Source of the DNA: an uncultured Verrucomicrobiae bacterium
GTDB lineage: Bacteria > Chlamydiota > Chlamydiia > Chlamydiales > Rhabdochlamydiaceae
Direction of reading: 5' to 3'
NCBI GenBank assembly: GCA_963813135.1
Contig: CAWEXY010000022.1
Span: 1-64,000, forward strand
Length of the DNA stretch: 64,000 nt
Shown: in pieces, positions 19,423 to 29,371 of the stretch
Layout: each line of letters begins with the position of its first letter
Position numbering within the stretch: position 1 is the stretch's first letter
The notes under the pieces: generated by a model
Told to the model about the DNA's origin: nothing
The model's input: only the letters and a program-made list of their open reading frames with translations
The model's database searches: none
Position numbers and translations under genes: made by a program

Positions 19423-20960
19423 TTAAGGCGTGGAGATGGCTACAGACGAGCTTTCTTCAAAAAAAGAGTCCGCCCACGTCATATAGTACGTCTTAGAGGC
19501 CCCTTTCTTTTGCCCATGATGATAAAATTCGGGCGAGGTGCCTTCATAGAGCATCTGCGTTAAATAAAGATCGCTATACACTCGGTAAAGAGACGCCTCG
19601 GGCATGGGAAGGCAGGAAATTTTGTTCACATGGTCCCTTTGAAAAAGGAGCTTCTTCGTGCTCTGCGTCAAATTGACGGTGAAGAAATTCCCATTAATGG
19701 TCTGCACGGTATATTGGCCATTCATGTCCATCGCCCACAAAACTTGGGCATTATCTTGATCGTTCACATACACAGAAGGGCTGCCCGGGCTTCCATTCGA
19801 GAAAGATAAGGCAACGGGATCGGAAAAAGTCACTCCCGTATCTACGGATGAGCTGCCGACAATAATCTGATCGGCAACGTCCGTATATACAATCGCTGCA
19901 ATGCCATCGTCATTGATCGAAACATCGGGCTCGATGCCGTTTTCGGCCGGCGTAGATAACGCGATGGGCGAAGAAAACGAGAAGCCCCCGTCAAAGGAAT
20001 AGGCATACTCGATGACCGTGTTGGCGCCATGGCTCTCCCAAACAACTACCAGATTGCCATCGCTGTTCATGCTAATCCTGGGGTTGGCCGCAAGTCCATT
20101 GGGATCGGAGACCTGCTGGGGCGAAGACCAAGAAGCCCCTGAATCCATAGAATAAATAGATTCGACTACCGTGTGCGTGCCATCATCCCGCACCCCACAG
20201 CCGCAGCCATTCCTGAATCATTGAGCACGAGCCTTTGGTCGGATGCGGTAGCGGCTGAGAGAGTCGAAGGAGTGCTGGCGGTCCATGTAGCCCCGGCATC
20301 GATAGAATAAAATCCTTGTATCACTCCCCCTTCTTCGCAAATCAGGCAAGCTTCTTCAACAATATTGATCGCTACTTGCGGTTTGGAGGCTCCCGTACCG
20401 GAAACAATCCCCGTGCTCGGCATCCACGTAGCGCCCCCATCGGGGGTATAAGCGGCCTGGACCACTCCATTGAGCCCTTCCCAGCAAGCAATGCCAAGAT
20501 CTTCTCCCTGCAGAGCTACCTGGGGATTTTGTATAATCGTTGCCTGCATATCAAGCGGAGTCGCTAACGTTGTCCAATCTTGACCGCCATCGGTGCTATA
20601 GGCTGTTTGGATTTCATATTGGCCGTCATAGTTAACAAAAACGGCAATCGCTACGTTATTATCATTGAGAGCGACGCGGGGCGTTGGGTTCACCGTCGCT
20701 TGCTCTGGGTATTCAATGGGCGTGTCGGGAGAAAACCAAGCTCTTCCATCATTGGCGCTGAAGGTGGATTCGACGGTCCAATTGCTGCCATCGAACCGCG
20801 ACCATATGGCAACAACTTGATCGACGTCGTTTGAAATGATTTCCCCTACAGGCTCATACATCAGGCCGGGCTCAGAAAGAGTCGTCGTCGTATTCCAATT
20901 AAATGACGTATTGGCCCAGAGGCCGGAGCACATGCATAATAAGGCAAAATACTTTTTCAT
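19423..20960 (-). CDS. Exported Asp-box (BNR) beta-propeller protein, sialidase-like fold; one frameshift near 20190
   Basis: MKKYFALLC signal at 20960; seven S.DGG..W-type boxes over two ORFs. Confidence 0.75.
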
Positions 20961-20973
20961 AAATCCTGCTTGA

Positions 20974-21554
20974 TTAAAAACGATATCCAAGGCCGCCGCC
21001 CGCTTGCAAACCGCCCATGTAGACGGAGAAACGGTCGCCGCTATCGTGTATTTCTTTCTTGTCGTAGAGGTAGTTGAGGACAATTCCACAAAAAAGCCTC
21101 TATAAAAATAGAACTTGGCCCCAGCTCCGAAGCTGCCGCCAAACGTCCACTCTCTCTTGTTAGAAGGCAGCCCGGGAACGGTGATATGGGTCTTCGCATA
21201 GACGGCATTGGGCCCTGCTTTCGCATAGAGGTCCCAAAAACTCCCCTGCGCAAAAATGTATCCTGCGTACAGTGAAAGGGGAACTACGGTTACAGAAGTT
21301 GAAAAAGTCAGATCGGCGCTCGTCAGCCTTTTCCTTTTATGAAAACATCCCCCTTCGACGCTCAGGAAAAATCTCTTCGGCAGCATGAACCCTATCTCCC
21401 CTAAAGGAAGGTAGCCTCCTTTGTAGAGATGGCGAAAATTTTTGTCCTGAGGATAAAAATAAGAGGGTTTGAAAGAAACAAAACCTATGGGCTTGCCCGG
21501 TTCGGCAGAAACAACGCCGGCGGTTAGGAGAAAAAAAATCGACCATTTCCTCAT
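20974..21554 (-). CDS. Small outer-membrane beta-barrel protein, frameshifted near 21080
   Basis: Signal peptide and alternating beta-strands; the alternative frame ends GGLGYRF* at 20974. The 462-aa ORF-track fusion with the next gene is probably artefactual. Confidence 0.7.
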
Positions 21555-21572
21555 CGGAGCTGTTCCTTTGCG

Positions 21573-22241
21573 TTGGAAAAAAACTTTTCTTTTGTTAGCT
21601 TTAAATATATGATGTTTCTTTTTTTACGCTATTTTCTTTTTTGCTTCAGCCTTTTTTCGCCCGCTCTTTTTGCAACAAATGCGGCCAACATACAGTACAT
21701 CGTCCTTCTTAGAGCTGATGGCCGCCTGGGAACAGATCTAGATAATTATTGGAACGATATTTTGAACGTCGACACAGACCTGTGCCACCAAGCCATCTCG
21801 CAATATCCTCCTCACTGCACCATCACAGGATTTTTCCATCCGACCCATAGCGCCGACTACTATCTGGGTTTGATTAGTACGGCGGTAGCGATGACTCCCG
21901 GCCCAGCAACCGTCGATGTAACTCCCACCATCCAACACGGGAATACGTTGGATTATCTCGAACTCGATTCTCCGTACGTCACCGATTTTGGAACTAATTT
22001 CCTCACTTTGGCCCATTTGCCCCTCACTTACCTAAAAGGGCCTAAAGGGCCCACAGGATTTGACTTTCACATCACGTTGCGCGACAAAACCTTCAAAAAA
22101 TACTTAGATCGATTATCAAGAATCCAAGGTCTGCAAAAGAGATTTATCAATCCAACTCACTCGGCGGGATGGCTTATCTACTTGTACATCAAACAAAATG
22201 ACGTGCTAACGCAGTATGGCCAGCCGGTTAGAATCATTTAG
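21573..22241 (+). CDS. Exported 2H-phosphoesterase-like protein
   Basis: Signal peptide; two HxT motifs (PPHCTITGFF and DFHITLR) about 85 aa apart. Confidence 0.6.
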   Translation: MEKNFSFVSFKYMMFLFLRYFLFCFSLFSPALFATNAANIQYIVLLRADGRLGTDLDNYWNDILNVDTDLCHQAISQYPPHCTITGFFHPTHSADYYLGLISTAVAMTPGPATVDVTPTIQHGNTLDYLELDSPYVTDFGTNFLTLAHLPLTYLKGPKGPTGFDFHITLRDKTFKKYLDRLSRIQGLQKRFINPTHSAGWLIYLYIKQNDVLTQYGQPVRII

Positions 22242-22249
22242 AGGACTTT

Positions 22250-22855
22250 ATGAAAAAAACTATCTTGTTCATCTGCTCAGTTCTGGCCTTTACCTTCTCA
22301 CCCCTTGCGGCTGAAATGAAGGTCTTGGCCTTCGCCGGCAGCAACCGAGCCAACTCTTATAACAAAAAGTTGGTGCATGACGCGGCAGATATCGCCCGGC
22401 AAATGGGCGCCACGGTCACCGTCATCGATTTAAAGGACTATCCTATGCCTTTTTACGATGAGGACCTTGAATCGAAACAAGGCATGCCCAACAATGCAAA
22501 AAAACTGCGTCAATTGATGATCAAGAATGACGCCGTCATCATTGCCTCCCCCGAGTACAATGCCTCGATCCCTGCCCTACTTAAAAACACGTTGGACTGG
22601 GTGTCGAGAGGCGAAAACGGCAGCTACTCACCCGATGCATTCAAAGGAAAAAAGTTTGCCATCATGAGCGCTTCCCCAGGCCCCGGCGGAGGTGCCAGAG
22701 CGCTGGTGCATTTGCGGGCCATTATTGAAGCCGTCGGCGGAACCGTCATCGAAAAACAGGTTTCTATTCCCAACGCTCAAGAATATTTTTCCGTGAACAA
22801 GAGGCCGCCCAATCCTGCCCTAACTGCAGAAATAAAACAGTTGCTGGCAAAATGA
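22250..22855 (+). CDS. NAD(P)H-dependent FMN reductase with N-terminal signal-like peptide
   Basis: FAGSNRANSYN, ASPEYNASIPALLKNTLDW and SASPGPGGG. Confidence 0.9.
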   Translation: MKKTILFICSVLAFTFSPLAAEMKVLAFAGSNRANSYNKKLVHDAADIARQMGATVTVIDLKDYPMPFYDEDLESKQGMPNNAKKLRQLMIKNDAVIIASPEYNASIPALLKNTLDWVSRGENGSYSPDAFKGKKFAIMSASPGPGGGARALVHLRAIIEAVGGTVIEKQVSIPNAQEYFSVNKRPPNPALTAEIKQLLAK

Positions 22856-23027
22856 GTGTTGCCATTTGAGGAGCAGGCCGGATTGACTATTTACTGCTCT
22901 CTCGCTCCTCCTCGAACATGCCTTCATAATACAATCTTCTCATTATAAACGACTTAAGAAGTTAAAAATTAAATTGAATAAAATATATAATATACAGTAT
23001 AATATTTGTTTTAACAAGGAGTAAATT

Positions 23028-23789
23028 ATGACAGACCATGTAACAAGTACAACAAGCAAAGCGGCAATCTCTGCCCCTTTTGCAGAACAAGGTGTCCCCA
23101 AGGAAGTAGCGCATGTAATTTTTTCTAATTTTACGGATGCCGAACTTCTGCAAATGAGACTTGTCAATCGAAGCTTTAACCTGTTTATAAGCAAGGATGT
23201 TTATGCCCGACGAGCTCATCTATATGCATTCGCTTATTTAAACCCAATAATTCACGTGTTGAATGTGAAACAACCTCTACTTAATCGAATAATGAACTGG
23301 TTCGAAAGCTCTGCACAAGATTTTTCGAGAGTAAAATTAACAAAGGCCTTGAATTCGCGTATGTTGAAGACGTTAAAAAATGTTTTCAAAGCTAATACTC
23401 CAGGTATTCAAATTTCGAAGACTTTTACGAAGGCAGAACCTTGGAGCATCGAAGAGGGCCTTGATGAAAAGAATCACAATTATATTAAATTCAAAGTTCG
23501 CTTAGATTCCAGCACAATTTTATGTACTATAACAAGTACAGTCGACGGCGGCTTTACTTGCGACTATACGGCACACTTAGGAGTATTCAGCGACCACCAT
23601 TACGACCGGAATAATGATCCGATTGAATATAAAGCTTCTAGACGCATCGACGTAACAAAACCTGATGAAAAGACTGCCGTTATGATGGATGGCCTAAAGA
23701 AGCAGTATCCAAAAGAGAGTGAAGCCAAAATCCTCTTATTAGCAGCCACGGCTTCGGACGCCGTGCAAGATCTGCTGAACGCCAACTAA
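23028..23789 (+). CDS. F-box-like protein, candidate secreted effector
   Basis: Ser/Thr-rich N-terminus, then VPKEVAHVIFSNF...LLQMRLVNRSF; AAGGAG RBS. Confidence 0.65.
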   Translation: MTDHVTSTTSKAAISAPFAEQGVPKEVAHVIFSNFTDAELLQMRLVNRSFNLFISKDVYARRAHLYAFAYLNPIIHVLNVKQPLLNRIMNWFESSAQDFSRVKLTKALNSRMLKTLKNVFKANTPGIQISKTFTKAEPWSIEEGLDEKNHNYIKFKVRLDSSTILCTITSTVDGGFTCDYTAHLGVFSDHHYDRNNDPIEYKASRRIDVTKPDEKTAVMMDGLKKQYPKESEAKILLLAATASDAVQDLLNAN

Positions 23790-23841
23790 ATCACCCTGGC
23801 GGCCTGTTCAGAATCTTTTTGCTAAGCGCTCATACGCGCCC

Positions 23842-24138
23842 TTAGGGCTTCAACGATAGCAGGGGCTGCTTTTTCAGGAGACCCCGCATCGAAAGGAGGC
23901 TCCGGATCGTATTCGATGCCCAGCTGCATAGATTGGGCAAAGAGCGGGCCGCGGAAGAGCCTTTGATGCCTACAAGACGTATCCCTGGCCACCCAAACGT
24001 TGAGATCATTTCTTTGAGCCTGAGGTTATGCTTTTTATCGACCTCTTCAAATAGATTTTGGGCCCTGGCAAACTCGTCCTCCTGCTCCATAGCAAGAATC
24101 TCCGCTTGCAGCTCTTTATGATCTGCGAGGAACCATTC
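23842..24138 (-). pseudogene. DUF6624-like gene remnant
   Basis: EILAMEQED...VDKKHNLRLKEMISTFGWPG..LVG..GSSAA; truncated at the 3' end; the 5' end runs into the repeat element. Confidence 0.6.
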
Positions 24139-24255
24139 TTTGAACGATTGCCATGCCTCAATCCCATCTCTTTAGGGGTGGGTTAGGCAGGCCTGTAGTT
24201 GGTCTATTCCTTAAATCCTCGAAGAATCCCTTCCATTTATGGGAGGGTTCTTCAA
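24139..24255 (+). mobile_element. Non-autonomous IS200/IS605-like miniature element, copy A
   Basis: 117 bp; begins tttgaac; hairpins atcccatctctttaggggtggg and aatcccttccatttatgggagggtt; ends TTCAA. Confidence 0.75.
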
Positions 24256-24374
24256 TAAGCCGATTTGGCGCCCTGTAGAAACATTTCTAAAGCTTGTGAG
24301 TTTTCTCCATGCACAAAACGACATAGACATGTAACCAAAACTAAAAAAACTTTCACTTGATGAACTCCCTACTT

Positions 24375-25616
24375 TTATTTATCCCGAGCATAATAGGCCA
24401 TGGCGCCTAGGCACAATAGAGCGGCCACAATCAGGATGAGCTTTGATGATAGCAGCAAAAGTGCACCGCCGAATAGACAAATAATGGCATCCCCTAAGAC
24501 GCGCAGCGATAATTGCACTCCCATCACCTCTCCCTGGATAGAATCGGGGGCGGAATCAGAAATCTTGACCGTGATCAACGTCACGGCAAGTCCAATGACG
24601 AGCCCGCTCAAACCAAAGAAAAGCATCATCAAAAAACTTGAGTTGACGAGCGCGACTCCCAAGAGAAAAAATGCCATTCCACCCATGGAGCCTAGGATGG
24701 CTAGCCGATTGGAGATGCGCGTGGAGGCGAAGGTAGGCAGCCGCCCGTTCCCGATGGCGAGGCCAAGGCATAGCAGGGCGTTATAGAGGATCAGCTGCGG
24801 CGGCCCCAGCTCCCACTTGACCGTGAGGTGGACGGGCCCGAACTCATAAAAAATATCGACCGCAAGAGTGAATGTTGTTGAAATGAGCATGAAAAATTGC
24901 AGTCGTTTATTCGTAAATAAGACCGACAATCTCTTCACGAAATTGATGCGCTGCCAGACAGTCCGCACCTGGGCTGGAATCGTGACTGCCGCATGCCGAA
25001 ACACAAAGGCTGAGAGGACCGCAAGGCCAAAAAAGAGGATGCAAATAAAATAGAACGGCGCCGAAGTCGATAGATCGCTCATCAGCCCTCCTAAAAGAGG
25101 CCCCAGAAGGTAGGCAACAGAGCTTGAGGCATTGATCTTGCCAAACGCCTCGTGTTTGGGAATTGTTTTAATATCCGCTGCCATAGCTCTAGCAATGGCA
25201 ATATTGCCCTCCATGAAACCCGCCGCAAACCGGCTTCCAATGAGAAGTCCGAGCTGCTGCCATTCGATGGCCAGCCCTGTGAGCAAATAGCAGACGGCTG
25301 AGAAGACCAAGCTCCTCGACAGCAATTTGCTCCGGCCGTAGTCATCGGATAAAGCTCCGAGGATGGGCGAACCAATGAATTGTCCCAAGGGATAGGCCGC
25401 CAGCGTGATCCCCAGGAAGAGGGCTCGGCTAGATCCGCTCCAGTCTGCCGACAGGATGGAATAGTCGGGATTTAAAAAGAGCGCAGGAAAGATTAAATAC
25501 GGTATGGAAATGCCGATGAAGCCTAAAAAGACAATCGTCAAAATAATCCAAAACTGTTGTCTTTGACTCCTCTGCTGCGACACGATTCCTCCACGCCAGC
25601 CTTCAGCATACAGCAC
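24375..25616 (-). CDS. MFS transporter (DHA1/TetA-like)
   Basis: GALSDDYGR motif A, SRFAAG and LGPLLGG; about 12 TM. Confidence 0.9.
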   Translation of the reverse strand: MLYAEGWRGGIVSQQRSQRQQFWIILTIVFLGFIGISIPYLIFPALFLNPDYSILSADWSGSSRALFLGITLAAYPLGQFIGSPILGALSDDYGRSKLLSRSLVFSAVCYLLTGLAIEWQQLGLLIGSRFAAGFMEGNIAIARAMAADIKTIPKHEAFGKINASSSVAYLLGPLLGGLMSDLSTSAPFYFICILFFGLAVLSAFVFRHAAVTIPAQVRTVWQRINFVKRLSVLFTNKRLQFFMLISTTFTLAVDIFYEFGPVHLTVKWELGPPQLILYNALLCLGLAIGNGRLPTFASTRISNRLAILGSMGGMAFFLLGVALVNSSFLMMLFFGLSGLVIGLAVTLITVKISDSAPDSIQGEVMGVQLSLRVLGDAIICLFGGALLLLSSKLILIVAALLCLGAMAYYARDK

Positions 25617-25693
25617 AAGGCTAAGGAAACTATATAAAAAAGATGGGTCATTATTCGCTTTAAAATAATTTTTATATAAAGTATTTATAGCAT

Positions 25694-28408
25694 ATGTACC
25701 CTCGTATTAACTCCCTGATCGCGGCCACTCTTTTCCTCGGGTCTCCACTCGATGCTTGGGATTGGACAACACTTTCTCATTGGTGGGATCCTCCTCAGCT
25801 GCCTCCGGAGCCTGCCGCCACTGGGATACCGCCCGTTGAGACGGATGTTCAGGAGCCAGTTCCCATCGCTCCTATATCACAGGCGCCGCAGCCAATGGGG
25901 GCTATCCTTTGGGTGCTTCCAGGCGGCGGAAATTGGGATAGTCCAGCAAGCTGGGGCGGCACCGTTCCCAACGCCGTCAATGCCGAAGCCGAGTTTATAA
26001 GCCTCCCTAATACAACACCCTCCACCATTACAGCCAGTTCGAGTCAAACTTTTACCATAGGAGCGCTGGACCTAGGCCTCAACTCTGCCCACGGAGCGGT
26101 CACTTTTAACTCCAATATTTCTCTCCTATTCCAGAGCACTTTGAGCTCTAATTTGATTTATGATATTTCTTCCGTCTCTCAGATCTTGATCCAATCTAAC
26201 ATTGATATCGATTCGCCTCCCCTGCTGTACATTCAACAATACGGAGTGAGCCCAGGGTCTTTAGAAATCTCCGGAGTTATTTCTGGCTCTAGCGGAGTCA
26301 ACTATCTAGGGCCTCAACTATGCAAACTCAGTGGCGCCAACGTCTTTACAGGACTTACCGATGTTCAAGGTGGAACCCTCATTTTGGCTAACTCTACGGG
26401 AGCTTGCTTGCAAGGAAATTTACAAGTCGACAGCGCTGGAACTGTGCAATTTAATTTTGCCAATCAATTAGGAGCTTCTTCTAACGTCACTGTCAACGGC
26501 TCGGGACAATTCAACTTTAACTCTACCAATCAGTCATGCAACTCTCTGACACTGAATGGATCGAGCTTCGACACGCAATCACAAACACTAACTATCGCCA
26601 GTTCCTCCCCTATCAACCTCCAATCGGCGCAACTTTACGGAAACTTCGTTTTATCCAGCGGCGGAACTATCAGTGTCAATAACACGGCGGGGACCGACTC
26701 TTACATCGCAGGGGCCACCATCCATCCCACCGGACCTCTTACTCTCGACGTAACTCCGGTCAATGCGTTTGACTTGTTTACCATTCAAACTACCGTCACG
26801 AGCGGCCCGGTCAATAAAACGGGAGCCGGAACTTGGGTCGTCGTCGGAGGATCTTTCCCCGCTACGCATATTAGCCAAGGGACTTTATCGATCAATTCTT
26901 TTGGCGCCCCCACATTTGCCTCCATTCTAGTCGACCCCGGCGCCACACTCAGCATTCCCCAATCTGAGAACATTACAGCGACGACAATTACGAACAATGG
27001 GTTACTCAGCCTAACTTCAGAGCAAGACTTCGGAATATATAATATCACGGGAAGCTACGTTCAAGGAGCCACAGGCAATCTTAACCTCAACATCGCAAAT
27101 ACCCATATTTCGGCTGTTGACCAACTTTTTTTTTCTTCAACCGCCAGCTTAAATGGCACCTTGACCGTTAATCTAGATACAGAAGACATCGTGATCGATC
27201 AAGACACTGTCGTCTTCCTTGATGCCGCAGGAGGAGTTTCTGGCACTTTCTCAAGCACCAGCTCTAACTTCCCCCCCGGCCTGAGCTTCGATGTGGGATA
27301 CACGGCAAACACCGTCTTCCTAGTTTTCCATGGCAATTACATTCCTGCCTTCAATTTCCTTCAAAGCAGCGGCTATATGAATTTTGCGCAGCCGATATTT
27401 GCTCTCAATGACGAACATAACTTACAAATGGTCCGCCGCTGCGCTTTTGTCCGCAGCCGCTTTGAGCCTGCCCAAGAATCTCCCTCCAAAATAATAGGAC
27501 TTCTTGCTAGCGCCAGCGATGCAGTTCCTGCAAAAAAGCAAGAACAAATCTCAGTTTCCCGCTTCCGCAACAATCCCGAAGGCAAACCTTTCTCTTTCTA
27601 TGCTGCTCCGCTGGGCAGCCGCGGTCATTTTAGCCATACCCATCAGCAAAAGGGCTTCCACTATCGCATGACGGGAGGACTGCTCGGTGCCGACTATGCC
27701 TTTACGCAGGCGGGCATCGGCGCTCAGATCGGCTACGAACACCTCCACGCCGGCGTGCATGATCATTGGGGCCGATTTGACATCAACAACCTCTTTGGCC
27801 GCTTTTATGGCACCTTTAAGCCCTTAATCCATGCTCCTTTCTTCATCGATGCCTCCATTGGCTCTGGAGGACAGTGGTACGATGTCGATCGCTTTACCCC
27901 CAAAGGAACGGCGCACGGAAAACCCCACGGTTGGGAATGGGACGCTTACTTAGGACTGGGCTACGATGGTTGGGTGAACAATGTCCGCTTTACCCCCCTT
28001 TTCGCAGTCCAAGCGATAGAGACCTATATCAGAAAATACTCCGAGCATGGGGCTACAACGCACAATCTCCTCTTCAACAGACATCACACCACCTCACTGC
28101 GCAGCGACTTAGGCCTCAGTATCGGGGGAAAACTCGTCAGACGCAAAATCACATGGCTGCCCGAAGTCCGGGGCTACTGGCAGCACGAGTATCTCGGGCA
28201 TCATAAGCATTTAACTGTTGCGACACCTTTGGCCAGTCTAACAACGCAAACGATAGTTAGCGGCCTCGATAAAAACTACGGCATCATCGGTACGGAGCAA
28301 CGGTTTTTATTTAACGATAAATGGTCGCTGTCGCTCAACTACGATTTCCAGTGGAGCCGCCATCAAGAAAGCAACGATTTCCTCGTTGAACTATCCCTAT
28401 ATTTTTGA
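25694..28408 (+). CDS. Autotransporter
   Basis: Signal peptide; LSGANVFTGLTDVQGGTL and KTGAGTW passenger repeats; C-terminal barrel (WLPEVRGYWQHEY) ending in F. Confidence 0.9.
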   Translation: MYPRINSLIAATLFLGSPLDAWDWTTLSHWWDPPQLPPEPAATGIPPVETDVQEPVPIAPISQAPQPMGAILWVLPGGGNWDSPASWGGTVPNAVNAEAEFISLPNTTPSTITASSSQTFTIGALDLGLNSAHGAVTFNSNISLLFQSTLSSNLIYDISSVSQILIQSNIDIDSPPLLYIQQYGVSPGSLEISGVISGSSGVNYLGPQLCKLSGANVFTGLTDVQGGTLILANSTGACLQGNLQVDSAGTVQFNFANQLGASSNVTVNGSGQFNFNSTNQSCNSLTLNGSSFDTQSQTLTIASSSPINLQSAQLYGNFVLSSGGTISVNNTAGTDSYIAGATIHPTGPLTLDVTPVNAFDLFTIQTTVTSGPVNKTGAGTWVVVGGSFPATHISQGTLSINSFGAPTFASILVDPGATLSIPQSENITATTITNNGLLSLTSEQDFGIYNITGSYVQGATGNLNLNIANTHISAVDQLFFSSTASLNGTLTVNLDTEDIVIDQDTVVFLDAAGGVSGTFSSTSSNFPPGLSFDVGYTANTVFLVFHGNYIPAFNFLQSSGYMNFAQPIFALNDEHNLQMVRRCAFVRSRFEPAQESPSKIIGLLASASDAVPAKKQEQISVSRFRNNPEGKPFSFYAAPLGSRGHFSHTHQQKGFHYRMTGGLLGADYAFTQAGIGAQIGYEHLHAGVHDHWGRFDINNLFGRFYGTFKPLIHAPFFIDASIGSGGQWYDVDRFTPKGTAHGKPHGWEWDAYLGLGYDGWVNNVRFTPLFAVQAIETYIRKYSEHGATTHNLLFNRHHTTSLRSDLGLSIGGKLVRRKITWLPEVRGYWQHEYLGHHKHLTVATPLASLTTQTIVSGLDKNYGIIGTEQRFLFNDKWSLSLNYDFQWSRHQESNDFLVELSLYF

Positions 28409-28443
28409 TACTCTGTCATAAACGTCTCTATACAAGAATTGTT

Positions 28444-29085
28444 ATGAAAAAAATGATAGGCCCCAACCCTAAAACTATCTATCCCATGAAGGATTACGAT
28501 AAGCTCGTTTTTCTTAAAAACTTTGTCAAAGCAAGCAACATCATCGTGGGCGACTACACCTACTTTGATGATCGCCGCTACGGGCCGGACAAGTTTGAAG
28601 AGTACAATGTCCTCTACAATTACGACTTTACAAAAGTAAAGCTCATCATCGGAAAGTTCTGCGCGCTAGCAGCGGAGACTCGTTTTATCATGACGGGCAA
28701 CCACAAACTTGATGCGATCAGCACCTATCCCTTTCCGATATTTCAGCAGGGATGGGAAAGCGCATTCGATGTAGAAGATTTTCCCCTCAAGGGAGACATC
28801 GTTGTCGGCAACGATGTCTGGTTTGGCTACGACAGCCTGATCATGGGAGGCGTCAAGATTGGGCATGGGGCGATCATCGCAGCAAGGGCCGTCGTAGCAA
28901 AGGACGTCCCACCCTACGCCATTGTCGCCGGCAACCCTGCCCGTGTCGTGAAAATGCGTTTTGACGATCCTACGATCGCGCGCCTGCTCCAGATAGCCTG
29001 GTGGGACTGGCCTATCGAGAAAATCAATCGACATCTAAAGCTCATTTGCAGCCTCGATGTCGACGCTTTGGAATCAGCGGACTAA
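28444..29085 (+). CDS. Vat/CatB-family xenobiotic O-acetyltransferase
   Basis: IIVGDYTYFD, KLIIGKFC, STYPF, KGDIVVGNDVW and WWDWP. Confidence 0.9.
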   Translation: MKKMIGPNPKTIYPMKDYDKLVFLKNFVKASNIIVGDYTYFDDRRYGPDKFEEYNVLYNYDFTKVKLIIGKFCALAAETRFIMTGNHKLDAISTYPFPIFQQGWESAFDVEDFPLKGDIVVGNDVWFGYDSLIMGGVKIGHGAIIAARAVVAKDVPPYAIVAGNPARVVKMRFDDPTIARLLQIAWWDWPIEKINRHLKLICSLDVDALESAD

Positions 29086-29283
29086 ATGGGGCTTCTTAAT
29101 CGTGGCCTGGGGCGATGCCTTGCTTAAAATCCCCGACTCCAGCGGAATGGCTTGGATCTTCAAGAGATTTTCCGCTAATTGGTCCAATGCCGCTTGGACG
29201 GAACCGTCTTTTTTAGCCGAATCGATGAAAAAGAGTACATATTCCGTATTCTCATGCTTGTATCGAAAATTTAATACAGACAT
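29074..29283 (-). CDS. Small hypothetical protein
   Basis: 69-aa ORF with GTGGA upstream; fills the intergenic gap. Confidence 0.45.
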   Translation of the reverse strand: MSVLNFRYKHENTEYVLFFIDSAKKDGSVQAALDQLAENLLKIQAIPLESGILSKASPQATIKKPHLVR

Positions 29284-29371
29284 TATCCACTACGTCTCAA
29301 AGAAATTGTTATAGCTCTCGATTTAAATTCATAATTCCTTTACGCTTTCTACAAATATTTTAGAGGCATCA

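Noticed and set aside
20166..21554. Genuine barrel-propeller fusion protein of 462 aa
   Set aside because: An internal signal peptide at 20960 and a barrel end in another frame indicate two genes joined by a frameshift
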